Shown: one piece after another, positions 27,701 to 42,700 of the stretch
Layout of the letters: every line of letters begins with the position of its first letter
Numbering within the stretch: position 1 is the stretch's first letter
Origin: Antedon mediterranea
Lineage: Eukaryota; Animalia; Echinodermata
Direction of reading: 5' to 3'
Assembly (NCBI RefSeq): GCF_964355755.1
Contig: NC_092670.1
Coordinates: 1,602,201 to 1,666,200 of the forward strand
Length of the DNA stretch: 64,000 nucleotides
The notes under the pieces: model-generated
Told to the model about the DNA's origin: nothing
The model's input: only the letters and a program-made list of their open reading frames with translations
Database searches by the model: none
Position numbers and translations under genes: made by a program

Positions 27701-30700
27701 TCTCCTGTTGTAGTTTGAGATGCAAAGCTGCCAGCAGAGAACAAAGAGTCACCTGTTTGAGAAGTTTTACAGAGAACGTCAACTTCTACAGTTTCAGCTG
27801 AACGAGGCATATTTTTATACGCATTCGGAATATACTGAAAAATGATGACAACAAATCAAAACATTTGCAATGATACAATTAACTTTCTCAAAATTGACAG
27901 CAAACAAAACACTTTTCTATTTCAAATTTATCTGCAAATCCCACTGCTTAGGCTAGCTAAAGCATAATTGGCATTCACACTTCTTAAAAATAATAACTAC
28001 TACAGTAGTAATGACTATAATTTGTATGTGTTTAAATTTTAAATGTAAATATGTAGCCTATAATTATGTTTGTATGATGTAGTATGTTTAAGCGGATATT
28101 AGCCCTTGATGGTATTTACAGCAATAAAGAAATTGAATTGAATAGGCTAGCTCAAGCAAGCATAATTGGCATTGGAAAGAGTAAGTATGGTATAAGTGAA
28201 CCAGGTAAAGTAGGCCCTAGAAATTCAAACTTACCTTGTATTTTGTTCTAATAAACGCTAAAGCCACACAAAAATTAAATGGAAATACAATGATTCCAGT
28301 CGCCAAGGCAACAACAATCAAACTCCCGTCACCAGATTCACTCAAAAGCCCGTACCAGACAGCATTTACGCACATGTACGTGTAAATTAGCACAAGACAA
28401 CAAGTCACACGCTGTGTACGAGTAAAGCGCGACTGCTGAGGGCGGTCTACCACAGAAAGCCAGAGATGCTGATTAGCCAATTGTTGCTTGCTTTCAATTT
28501 GAAAAATTGTGGAGAACTTTTTCATTTCTTCATCACCTGAAAATAATACAAAATTTCTAAAAAAATTACAAATAAAGATAATTATGGCCAAACTGGGTAT
28601 ACACATGTTCTAAAATAGGTAAAACTTTAAAAGTTGGATGCACAACCAACACAAGATTTTACCGCCTAGATACACACCTAAAACCTGAAATGTCTTCTCT
28701 ACTGCACCGTTATCTTCCATTAAAGACAACCATGTCTCACAGACAAAATGAAACCTTCGACCTGTTTGCGAATCGGCAATAACAATGGTTGCAAGGTACC
28801 AGGATGGATCCAATCCAGTATTATCATGCCAAACCCGAATCTTCTCAATGTTTTCCAGGTTACACTCAGAGTAGATACGAAATGTTGCGCTCATGTTTCG
28901 TTTGAATGCAGTTTTGGACAGGAGGTGTCGTGATCCTGTTTTGCCATTGGAACCGTAAATGCTGATTCCAATATGAGCAGATGTACCTAAAAATATGACA
29001 AATCTTGTAAAAGATTGCGTGTAAAAAGTGTAGCATGATTCCTCTAAAATATTTAATTTATGCCACGAGGCACTTGTTTTAAATAAGTAGTCTTGTAAAA
29101 ATTAACCTGTTTAACAGTAAAATGTTAAGAGGTTATAATTATGAAGAATTCTGGAGCACAATCTTGGAGCAATAATGTTCAACAATTTGTAAACATTTTT
29201 TAAATGGTAAAATACAAACCTGAGCCAATTCTTTCACCGGTTTTTACATATATATCATAGCAGTATGCCCCGTTCTTGCCGCAAATAGGCACTACACTAA
29301 TGAATTTAAGATTTAGTGTGTCATAGTACCACGCAAGCACCATTGCAATTCCATACAGAAAGAGAATTGTACAGCAGACTATAAGAGCCACTGGATTTGA
29401 TTTGATATCCACGTCCTGAAAGATAAAATGAAAATGACTTTGAAAACATCAAGATGTGTGGCCAAAAAAAACAAGTTCAGTAGGTATGGTTCCCGCAAGT
29501 GAAATGTTATCTAAGAAATTTGAAGTTAATTATCATCATGAAAGTGTACTGAAATCAAATAAAAAAATCCATAATACCTTTAAATCTTTAAATTTAATAT
29601 CACTTGGAACAACCTGCACACTTGCTCCAAAGCTTGTCATGTGATTACAGGAACACTCTGCCATATCTCTTGAAGAATCTGCAACTGCTTGACAACCATA
29701 ACTGGCCCATGTCTCCTCATGTACATCATAGTACTGACATGATTGCTGGAATGAGCTAACAGATATGTTGCAAATGAAGTTGTAATGGTTAGTGGCTGTG
29801 ATGTGGTGAGCTGTTACAGGAGTTGCAGGTCTAAATGGAAAAATGAAAACACAGAATCTAATGTGGTATTTTGTGTTTTTGTCAAATAGTGAGGCAACAA
29901 CAATTATTAAGAACCCTTTTTTAATAGTTATATAATATACAGTAATCTAAATCATGTGACTTACTCTGGGATAACTAGAAAGGTATAATCCATGGATGTT
30001 GAAGCCAAGTCAAAGGTCAGGTTAACAGCCTTGACACTTGTTGCTAAGCTAGGCTCTTCCTCCAGACCAATCATCAAAGAAAAGTATCCATTAGCATTAC
30101 TCAAAGGTGATGCAGTTAAGACAACTTCTACAAAAGAGCCTAATAGGCTGACATCTTGTTCATAATTTATTGAGATGTATGTAGTCTCACCAGGATTTAC
30201 TTCATGAATATAGTTTATCTCTGGTACTATGTCAGATGTTGCTTGAGGAAGACCAAGATTGAGCATCTGGATGTTGTCTAAGTTGTTTACAGGAATCTTA
30301 GTGCCATTTATGAATTTATACTCTAATTGTGACACCTTTGTTGTGATGTTACCAACTGTGTATGGATTTTGAGAGTAAAGAATGAATTCCTCAAAGATTT
30401 CCACATTTCTAGGTAAATTAGACAGAATGGTTTCAGGAACTCTAAAATATGTTCCCGATTCCTCAAGAAATGTTGAAATCTCACTTGGAAGAGTTCTTTT
30501 TGCTGATACTGTTATTGTTTCAGACTTTAACGTTAGACTCTCTTCATGAACAATCTGAGAAGACATTATAGAGTCAAGAAGACGTTCCGTGTCAATCAGT
30601 AAATTATTGATGGCTTCCATTTTGAATTCTGGATCCAAAGAACTGATACCAGATGCAAGTAGCAAGTTTTCTGAATTAAGAGCTGACATAGTGTTGGAGA

Positions 30701-33700
30701 TGATCTTTAACATTGCGTTACTAGTTACTTCATCAACATTTAAGCCATCATCTGTTGTCTCGGCTAGAATGCTAAGAAGAGTGTCCAATGAGCTTAAAAT
30801 TGTTGAGAAAGTTGCTTGATGAACAATTTCCTCTGGTATTGCCTACAAAAAATATAAAAAACATTACGGTTGTGCAGAGGTTGCATCATGGTTATAGTGC
30901 TAGGTTTGACTTTATTAAGGTAAAAAATACTTTAAAGCTTCCTACCGTCACTATTGCAAGTGTTGTGGATATGTGACTTAGGTCTTTAACATCATTGCAT
31001 GGACAACTAGCTGTCGCATTTATGATAGCTTCACGAAGATTAACACGATCTTCTATTTCATCACTTTCTAAAAATGGCATAAAAACGTATTTTTTTATTA
31101 TGTATAAAAATACTCTTGTCTCCCAAAATGGACTATACCATATGTCTTGTATTTCTCAAGGAGGAATCTAAGAGTAAAACAGAAGCTGTGTATATTCTTA
31201 ATTGTAAACTGTGAATCTTAAAATGAGTTGCTGCTGAACAAGTGGTTTTGGTAAGATATTAAATAGTACAGCATGTATTCATTCATAAGGTTCTTTAATC
31301 ACTAAAGTCAATTTAAAAGTACAGTAGTAAACCTTTACACTTTCCAAATCTAATAAATTTATTTTTTCAGTTCATTAAAGATGTTTAGAGAGTACCGTAT
31401 TACATATTATATTTATATCTATACTGTACCTTGAGGTTCTTCATTCAGTACAGATGCCATGGTTGTGGCATAGTCAAGAACTCTTTGAGGGTCACTAGCT
31501 TGCTGAAGAGCTATCAATCGAGGCCTGCTGTGAACGTTCATCCATTCTATTGTTGTTGAGCCTGTAAGCTTAGGCTTTGTAACATATAAAGGACTATAAT
31601 AAACAAAAATAAGATTTCAAGATTCACAAATTTTCATTAGTACACTTTAAATGGGAAATTTGTTTTGCTTGGCATAAAAGATAATATTAAACAACAAAGC
31701 AAAAATACATCAAATTGCAAATGGCAATGGTAAAAACCGTAAAATATTATTAAAAGCACCATAGGCTCTGTAAAATACGGTTAAAAACTATTAAAAGCAC
31801 CATACGCTCTGTAAAATACGGTTAAAAACTATTAAAAGCACCATAGGCTCTGTAAAATACGGTTAAAATGATTAAAATTTAAAATAAAAAATTACATTGC
31901 ATTGCATAGGCAGTATAGAGCGAATGAGCCAGTTTAAAACAAGAGACAATATAAAATGTAATAACACATAGACTTACATATGCAATGATTCAACCGCAGC
32001 TCCCTGATTATCTTGAATATATACTACAAGATCTAACGTTTCTGTTCCCTGGTTTCCTCCTAAAGGCAGGTATGTTTCATATGTGTTCCTAGATCCATAA
32101 TAGAGTAATGTACTTTCTACGCCACCGTTGTTCTTTCCAAGATCCATAATCTGCATTATATAGAGCAATTGTTCTGATGGGGAATCTGGATCAAACCAGT
32201 CTTCACAGGATATAGTCACTAGTGTTTCCATAGCAACTGATTCTAAAGGCAAGGCAGAGCAGCTTCCACCAATTGGTGGTGTGTTTGTTGTGTATCTTAC
32301 CTCAGCTAAACCTTCTTCATCAAAGTCATCACCATCGACTACCAGCTGGAAAGTGTATAAACTGCTAACACTGAGAATTCCTGACTTGACGACCAAATTA
32401 CTGGAAGAGTTTCCAGTTGTTGTGGAGAGTTCATTCAGCTGGATACTGTTTTTATCATCTTGAATGGCAGTCCATTTAAAAATATAGTTAGAACCATTAC
32501 AATTTGAGCAACCGCCAATTAATTCAAGTCTTTGTGAAGCACTAATGATGTTAGACGACTGGCATGAAACACAGGTAATGTGGACATCAGGAATTCTACC
32601 ATCAACTACATTAACCTAAAAAATAGAAAAATCCAATGTGTTATAAAGTAGCAACAGGCCTTCAGCTGAAAATTGTTCTCAAATTTTGCAGATTTCTCAG
32701 ACTACACCAACCAATTAAATATTCATACACCTCAAAAAAAGTTCTAACTAGTAATTTTAATCATTAGAGTCAGAATATCATAAAAGCATTGTATCATACT
32801 TACAGTTTGGTTGATAACACTCTCTCGGCTGCCCTTAGTAACCGTTAAAATGAAAACATAGACTTTTAATGGATCCAATCTAGCAGATATTTTAGCTTCA
32901 GTCCAATTCTCTTTATTACACAGGTTTGGTATTGGCATGGCATCAATTTCTACTACTTGATCAGAGACTTGCTGAAAATTCAAAATATTTGTAAAATTTA
33001 TGAATTGCTAACAGTTTGGGAAGAATAAATATCCACAATATTCTCTATTTTTTTGGACAGAATCAATTCAGCAGAAATAGGTTAAACAGCGAGCTATTAA
33101 TAAAGGATTAAAGTACTTAATATAGGTGTTTCTTTGACAGAATCACTTCTGCAGGAATAGGTTAAACAGGGAGCTAATGATAAGGATTACAGTACTGTAT
33201 GTAATACATGTTTCTTTAACAGAATCCCTTCTGCAGGAATAATTTGAGCTGTTAAGGATAGGAATTACAGTACTTTTTTTTTAACAGAAGTACTTTTGCA
33301 GAAAGTGATTTAATAAGGCTTATAGTACTTACTTCAGAGTTACACATTACCCATTGAAATTTTAATCCCTGTTTCTGATCTCCGACCAAGTCTGGATCAA
33401 ACGACTCACTGCCATCAAGTTCAAGCAATTTTTGCGAAGATGCATGTCGCAAATGACCGCCATTAATAACTGCTACAATGGGCGTCGCAGTAACCTTGAC
33501 CACCGAACTTGCAGTGTTTTCACTTGGAGTTTCTTTAAAAGTGACAGACAACTGAAAACAGTAAATGCCATATTCCAGAGTGTTCCCAGGTATTTTTAGT
33601 GATGGCAGAGATGTCTCCAATGGCAGACTAATTTGTTCTGGTGGTAAATCACTGGAGCATGAATTTCTAAACACTGTCCATTTATATTCAGTTACCAGTG

Positions 33701-36700
33701 ATGTACATAATGTTTCAAAGATGTTGTACTCGAGATGTAGGCGCTGCGACCTAAAAACCGTACTTGGAGTTGATGACATGATCTGAAGCTCCGGCAATTG
33801 GCAATCGATGACAGAGATGTTTAGAAATGCTGTAACTTTGCTGATATCATTTTGGCAAACAACAGTTATTGTATGTATGCCTGGTGTTTTATATGTAACA
33901 TTCTGCACTGCTGTGCTTGAGTTAAAAACACCATTGCCATTATCAAGATCCCATTGCACATAGCTTTCACTTCCCCCATCACAAGTCACTGACAAGGTAA
34001 CAGGCATGTTCACTAACAAGAGTTCTGCACTTGCAACCAAGACAGCACTGGTAATTTTCTCCACACTTTGGATATACTCTGATGTGATAACAGAGTTGAT
34101 TGCATTTTTAGCTTCAACTTCCACTAAGAAAGTACCAGACGTAGGGTACAGATAATACACAACATCTCCAGTAGAAATCATTTCAATTTCATGCTGAGTA
34201 TTGATAGCAAAATGCCACAAGTAAGTCACACTAGTTCCACTGTTAATAGTGACTTGGTAAATCTGGGTGGTATTTACAGGAACCGTCTTATTGCAAATGA
34301 TACTTAAATCAGATATCGATTCAAGCAGACTAAGAACTTTAGTAAGTTTAAGACTTCCAAACATGTTGGCAGCTGTAACTGTTACAGTGTAGTTCCCTGC
34401 GATGGTACGATTGATTGATAAACGTGTTGTATTTTCCATGGAAGTATCTATCACATTGTAAATAACACGTTCATCTTCATTTACCACAATCCAAGAAAAT
34501 GTAATGTTTGATCCATAATCTAGACTTGCTACAAGCTCAATATCAACATCAACTTGTGCTGTCCAATTTTTAGAAATCCACTTGAGATTTTTTGGTTTTT
34601 CTAAAATGACAATTGTCTTTATTGTAGTGATCTCACTAACTGGGTTTTTTACAACTAATTCAACAGTGTAATTTCTCGCTTCAAGAAAAATATACTCAAT
34701 CAAACTGTCTTCATAAAGTTCACCTTCTATCTTCCAGGTGTACTCAATGTCTGACCCTCTTGAAATATGCGCAGATAGAGTAATCGTTTTATTTTGTTGA
34801 AAAAAACTGGAAGTAGAGTTGTCAATGAGAAGGATAACATCAGATACGCCCTCAATTAACGTCACGTTTAGAAACGCATGGGCAGCAGGAAAAGAATGAT
34901 GATTAGACGCGCTAATAATCACCAAGTAAGAACCAAGATTCTGAAAGCTGTACGAGTAAGAACTTTGATTCACAAAATACACATCAAACAAAGTAAAAGA
35001 CCATACGTATTGAATATCTGTTCCACTGTCTACCTTTGCATGAAAGGTGATCATTTCATTAGTTGGTAGTGTTGGAGCTGTTGGCCAATCAACTTCCAAT
35101 TGTAAATTACTAATAGGTTCAATACTTCTGACCACAATATCTTTCATCAATGTAACATCACCAGCCACGGCAGATAATTTCACATTGTAGCTACCAGGTT
35201 TGTCAAAAGCGTACGACACATTTTGTCCAGTTTTAATGGCCGACAATAATGTGGACACATGTTCAAATGTCCATTCAATCTGATTGGTCGTTACACCAGA
35301 CACCACGGCATAAAATGTATAACTTCTGCTAACTTCAGCACAATTCATACTTGCCAGGTCTGAAATAATATCCAGATCTGCTACATAAATAGTTATATTT
35401 GCTTGTTTAGTACTGACACTATTACACGCTTCTAAGAAGACTTCATAAATCCCAGTTTCGCTAAAAGAATGTGAAATAAATGAAGTATCATATATTTCAG
35501 TACACGTTTCACAGCTCCATAAATATTGCACATCACTACCTGAAGAAAAAGCTGCTTCTAATCGAACAACCTCATTGGTTGCTATGGTCGTCGAGTTGCT
35601 AAGAATCTTAAGATTCAAAATAGGCGCCTGTGCCTCTATACAAAAATATTTACTTAAGCTACTTATAGAGTTGAAAAAGGTAACATTTATACAATAAATT
35701 CCTATACTTTGAAAAGAAAACGTTACATTGTTGGTATCAGCTGCATTTGTAAAATTAGTTGTCCATTGAAAGTGTGTGGGAATTCCATGTTGCACGTAAG
35801 CCGAGAATATACAATTATTTGCAAGTGAGCAAAATATTTCAGTAAAGTCTTGAAAACAATTATGTTGAATTTCCAAGCCTTGGAGTCTTTCTATAATGGA
35901 AACGTTTGAATAAATCTGAACTTGATTGAAAAAGTTTTGTATAACCACGTCCATGGTAAAACTGCCTGGTTCGGTGAATGTGTAATTAAATGACAATTCT
36001 GGTGCCAACACCAGATTCCTGGTATCGTTATTCCAATAGAACTCATAGTTTGAGCCGCTTATAAAATTTAATGTGAATAGTGTTTCTTGACCGAGTAATG
36101 TAGGTCCATTGTTTTGTAGTGTTATACCAGATAGAGGCTCTTGTACGCACACTAATTTACTTTTGTTTTGTGATATACTATCACTAACTACAAAAGCTGT
36201 GACAGTAAATGGTCCAGGCATATGATATGCATGACTTACTGACGTATTTGAAGTTTTTAAATCTGTATCGTCCCCAAATATCCAATTAACGTCAAATTGG
36301 ATATCTGCAGCTGCTGATACAACAGCGTTGAAATAAACCGACTGATGCACTGGTGTACAATCAGGCAACAAAATATCTTGAAAAACTAATGATCCACTAC
36401 GTAGAGAATGCACAGCATTTAAAAAACAAGAATCATATCGGACGGAAACATTTACAATAAATACATCTTTGGTAAGAAATGAGTGGTCTTTAAATAATGT
36501 AGTCTCTGTAGACTGTAGAGTAAAGTTTGTTACTTCAGAAGCACCATTATCTCCAAAATCCCAAGTAACTGTTATAAACTTTCCAATGGTACCTATTAAA
36601 CTCAGCATAAATTCAGTATCTTGTTCAATAAGAACAAACTTGGGTGCAACGGTGAAAACTAACTTCCAAGGAGTTTCTTTCACAGTCACATTAAATGTTT

Positions 36701-39700
36701 CTATGATATCTGATGCCACAACAGACACATTATGAACTCCTTCCGTTTCAAACGTGTATCTTATCTCGGAAACATTCTGTTGTTGATTTTTCCCATCAAC
36801 AGTCCACTGGAAAAAGTGGAGACAGTTGCTGGAAACAGCAGAGAATGTAATCTCACAATCTTTGTAAATTTCCAATAAACCTGGTTGAGAAGATAACATA
36901 ATGTGTGCGTCTTCGTCGACCACTTGCAGCGTTTGATTAATGTTCTTAATGTCAATTCTGTTATACGCTGTAAGATTGATTATGTACGTCTTACATGATT
37001 GGAAGACAAATTGGAATATTGCAACAGATTTTCCTGAGTTGTTTGTCAGTTCGTTACAAACTGAAAAGTCTGATGTTTCAATGTTTGCTGGACATTCTGT
37101 CACAAACCAACACTGTCCAGTTGTATTGTCAACTGTGGAAGTTAAGGTCCAATTTAAAACTACATTCGTTCCTGCCATTACAAAGGCCAAAAGTGTCACT
37201 TCTCCAGATGGAACATTTACATTTATAAGCTGCAAGTCTTTAATCGGTTCTTCCACAGTAACATTACAATGCAGAGATTGATGGCTAATTGGATTCCTAA
37301 GGTCAGCTTTATAAGAGATAATTCCTGCAGTTAAAGTGTCCAATTCAGGTGATTTAATAATTTGAGAAAGAGAGTATAGAACTCGAATCAAACATTTATT
37401 TGTTCTTTCTTCGTGACTTGGTAGAAACTCTCCAACTGCCAACCACTGGTGAGTGTTGGTCTGATAAATAATGTCTGTAGCTCCTTCTTCTGCACACTCA
37501 ATGACTGTGCCATTCTGTTGGAATCCAATGACATCATACTTTTTAACTTTGATCTCATTTTGTGGAAGAACCTGATGTAGAGAGCTTGGAGATACTGTTG
37601 ATGCAACAATTGTTTCTGATATTAGCTGAAACTGTGGTATCATAAAATTGGGGAATTCAATACAAACAAAGGTGGATGGACATGAACCACAGCCGTCTGC
37701 AAAACATAACAAACTTTCATTGTCAATAGTAATAAGAATAAAATTATATGAATACATTTTTTCATCTTCAGAAAAATATAAAGTAAAAATGGTATGGTAT
37801 GTGCAATGTTTAAATAAAAAAGAAATAAGGGTACCAAGAAACGAGGAATATAAAAGAGACTGCAGATTACATAAAAGAAAATTTGTTTTTCTTAAATAGC
37901 CTTTTATCCTTATACTGAAGGACTAGTAAAATCAAAACGGTAAATACAGTATCTTGGAGACTTACCAGGTGGAAATAAGATTTGATTATCACCACATACG
38001 GGTCTATACACCTGCATATGCAAATGAGCCATATTAGCAGATTCAACAGTTACAAACTCCCATGCTGCTAAACTAGCATCATCCTGGAAGTACTGTTTGG
38101 GTAATAACACCACTGTTTGTGTCGAAGTAGAAGTTGTAGTGGTTTTAGTATCAAGAGATGAGAAAGATGGATAATATCCCAGTAGGTTTGTTCCAAGTAC
38201 ATACGCTGGAGTATCAACTGAAAAAAATGGTAGATAAATATATAATTAGTGATTTAAAAAATAATTGTGATACCACTTGCGTACCCTTACACACACCTAT
38301 CTTGCTTGTATTTTGTAAACGATATATTTTATCTGTATTTTACCAAATTTTAACCTTTTTAATTCTTACTTTTGCATTTTTATGTGAGTTTTTAACTTTG
38401 AACAAATGAAAATAATTTCAAACCATGTACTATATTATACTGTGTTTAACCATGAATAAATAAAACGAACCATTAAATGGAATGTTTGTTTCAAAAGACA
38501 CGATGTGAAATTATTTAACTGTAGGCCTGAATTGTTTGATCTAATCCTCATAAGGCCTTGACTACACTATGATCAAACTGACAAAAAAATGTGAAGTGCA
38601 CATATACAGTATGGACATGATGTCATATCACTACCATATTTGAGCATATATCACTGCCATATTTGTGCATATCACCCCCATAATTGTGCATATCACCACC
38701 ATATTTGTGCATATCACCCCCATATTTGTGCAAATCACTACCATATTTGGGCACATCACTCTTTTTTTTTAATCAAACTAGTTTGATAGTGTAGACAGAG
38801 CTTTACAAATTTCACAATGTTTATATCTGTGTATTTTGAGGAGTGATCAAACAGTGGAGATGGCACACCAGTGTTTGTTTTGGTTTCTTAGCAAGCATAG
38901 TGTGGGCATTATGAATACATTCAGTGCTTGATTGTACTGTACTTGTTCATCTGGTATGTAATTACTAAAATAACTAAAACTTTTTTATCATCAAAGGTCT
39001 TTTTTTTTTTTAATTTAATTGGTTTGATCAATATCAATATCAAATTTCCAAGTGGTTAATTCCAACAAGGTGTTATAAACCTGTTCAAGACATTTAAATC
39101 AATTTATTTAATAACAATTGGTTGATAAAAAAAAATTCATTCATGCATCAGTGGGAAATTACTTCCACTTATTTTCATTTGTATATAAAAATTAACATTA
39201 ATTTTGATACAGTACTCTGTAATCACAATTGTTAATGACTTTGTTTATGATAGTTCATGAATACATTATTTGTAAAGAAAAATTGAATCATCACCTGTTT
39301 CTGAATAATCTGCCGGAGTCCACTTGGTTTCAACTTCATTCCCTTTGGTGATGGTCAATTCCACCAACTGGTCTGCAGTGGACATCACAACTGGACATGT
39401 GAGGTAGCCATTGGCTGGAAGCAGTAGTTGCACTTCAACCATACTGGTTGTATTTACCCCCTCTATGTTCATCATCGCCTTGATTGTATATTTCCCCGGT
39501 AGCCCGTACTTGTAAGAAATTTGAGATGGGCCAGTGAACACTTGCCCATCGCCCATTTCCCAAAATAAGCTTGTTGACATTGTGATAAATATAAATGCAG
39601 TTACATCAACCACTTCATGGATATTATTATACTTGTTCACCTCAAGTGTTACGTTATAAATGGAAAAAGCGCCCTCTACTATAGTCATCTTGCATGTACT

Positions 39701-42700
39701 ATCCAGGTTAGTACATGCATCGGTACAATCAGTGTCACTTATAGTGCCATCAATGCTACCGCAGATACAAGTGGTGGTTCCATAGAGGGCAGCATACACA
39801 TAGCTCTCATCATGGCAGAAGTTTGCACACCGTTCTGTGTCATAACCATTATCATTGTCCCAAAGGTTATACAAGACTGTTTTTGATTGGTCATTCAATA
39901 GAACACAACTCATCAAGTTTTTAACTGTAAAAGCAAACATGTATAAAAAGTTAACTACATACGATAAGTGTATGCTCATTTATAAGTGTACGCTCATTTA
40001 AAAGTGTATGCTCATTTATAAGTGTACGCTCATTTATAAGTGTATGCTCATTTAAAGTGTATGCTCATTTATAAGTGTACGCTCATTTATAAGTGTATGC
40101 TCATTTATAAGTGTACGCTCATTTATAAGTGTATGCTCATTTATAAGTGTACGCTCATTTATAAGTGTATGCTCATTTATAAGTGTACGCTCATTTATAA
40201 GTGTATGCTCATTTATAAGTGTACGCTCATTTATAAGTGTACGCTCATTTATAAGTGTATGCTCATTTATAAGTGTACGCTCATTTATAAGTGTATGCTC
40301 ATTTATAAGTGTATGCTCATTTATAAGTGTACGTTCATTTATAAGTGTATGCTCATTTATAAGTGTACGCTCATTTATAAGTGTATGCTCATTTATAAGT
40401 GTACGCTCATTCATAAGTGTATGCTCATTTATAAGTGTATGCTCATTTATGTCTTTGATCACTTACTGCTGGAATTGGCGCATTACAAATTCATATTTCC
40501 ATCTAAAAAATGCACACCCAATCAGAATTCAGGAATGTTTAATTAAAACAAAATTTAAAAAAATAGAAAACAGATTTTACTCACCAAAATCAACGTATAT
40601 TAGTAGTTGGTTTTTCAAGTGTTCTGGTTTTTCACAAGTGATACCTTCATAGTCAATTGTAATATTGTTGTTTTGCTTTTGGTCTATCAGCCAATCTTGA
40701 AGCCAGATCAAATCAGCATTGCAAACCCATTTATTGCTGGACAGCGTCCTTTAATGATGGAAAAAACACATCAAACTTGGCCAGTGTACAGATATAGAAA
40801 CAGCAGCTACAGTACAGTATGTTGATTTTGGTGTCAGCTACATTAGGTATCTAGATGGTCTAGAGGTATTATACAAACAAGATAGTCCCTGCCCTATTCT
40901 CACTGTATACCATAGAGGTATTATACAAACTAGATAGTCCCTGCCCTATTCTCACTGTATACCATAGAGGTATTATACAAACTAGATAGTCCCTGCCCTA
41001 TTCTCACTGTATACCATAGAGGTATTATACAAACTAGATAGTCCCTGCCCTATTCTCACTGTATACCATAGAGGTATTATACAAACAAGATAGTCCCTGC
41101 CCTATTCTCACTGTATACCATAGAGGTATTATACAAACTAGATAGTCCCTGCCCTATTCTCACTGTATACCATAGAGGTATTATACAAACTAGATAGTCC
41201 CTGCCCTATTCTCACTGTATACCATAGAGGTATTATACAAACTAGATAGTCCCTGCCCTATTCTCACTGTATACCATAGAGGTATTATACAAACAAGATT
41301 GTCCCTGCCCTATTCTCACTGTATACCATAGAGGTATTATACAAACTAGAGAGTCCCTGCCCTATTCTCACTGTATACCATAGAGGTATTATACAAACTA
41401 GATAGTCCCTGCCCTATTCTCACTGTATACCATAGAGGTATTATACAAACAAGATAGTCCCTGCCCTATTCTCACTGTATACCATAGAGGTATTATACAA
41501 ACTAGAGAGTCCCTGCCCTATTCTCACTGTATACCATAGAGGTATTATACAAACTAGATAGTCCCTGCCCTATTCTCACTGTATACCATAGAGGTATTAT
41601 ACAAACAAGAGAGTCCCTGCCCTATTCTCACTGTATACCATAGAGGTATTATACAAACAAGATAGTCCCTGCCCTATTCTCACTGTATACCATAGAGGTA
41701 TTATACAAACTAGAGAGTCCCTGCCCTATTCTCACTGTATACCATAGAGGTATTATACCAACTAGATAGTCCCTGCCCTATTCTCACTGTATACCATAGA
41801 GGTATTATACAAACTAGAGAGTCCCTGCCCTATTCTCACTGTATACCATAGAGGTATTATACAAACAAGATAGTCCCTGCCCTATTCTCACTGTATACCA
41901 TAGAGGTATTATACAAACTAGATAGTCCCTGCCCTATTCTCACTGTATACCATAGAGGTATTATACCAACTAGATAGTCCCTGCCCTATTCTCACTGTAT
42001 ACCATAGAGGTATTATACAAACTAGAGAGTCCCTGCCCTATTCTCACTGTATACCATAGAGGTATTATACAAACAAGATAGTCCCTGCCCTATTCTCACT
42101 GTATACCATAGAGGTATTATACAAACAAGATAGTCCCTGCCCTATTCTCACTGTATACCATAGAGGTATTATACCAACTAGATAGTCCCTGCCCTATTCT
42201 CACTGTATACCACAGAGGTATTATACAAACAAGATAGTCCCTGCCCTATTCTCACTGTATACCATAGAGGTATTATACCAACTAGATAGTCCCTGCCCTA
42301 TTCTCACTGTATACCATAGAGGTATTATACCAACTAGATAGTCCCTGCCCTATTCTCACTGTATACCATAGAGGTATTATACAAACAAGATAGTCCCTGC
42401 CCTATTCTCACTGTATACCATAGAGGTATTATTCAAACAAGATAGTCCCTGCCCTATTCTCACTGTATACCATAGAGGTATTATACAAACTAGATAGTCC
42501 CTGCCCTATTCTCACTGTTTACCATAGAGGTATTATTCAAACAAGATAGTCCCTGCCTTATTCTCACTGTATACCATAGAGGTATTATACAAACAAGATA
42601 GTCCCTGCCCTATTCTCACTGTATACCATAGGTAATATACAAACTAGAGAGTCCCTGCTCAGTTCTCCTCACTTTTTAATTGCATAAAATGAATTAAATG

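Noticed and set aside
33252-37757. 1501-aa ORF as a stand-alone prokaryote-like PKD surface protein or horizontal transfer
   Set aside because: Bounded by splice sites in phase with flanking exons; it is the large PKD-repeat exon of PKD1.
40040-40546. Periodic ORFs (CMLIYK)n and (INEHTL)n
   Set aside because: By-products of an 18-bp intronic minisatellite; no splice or domain support.
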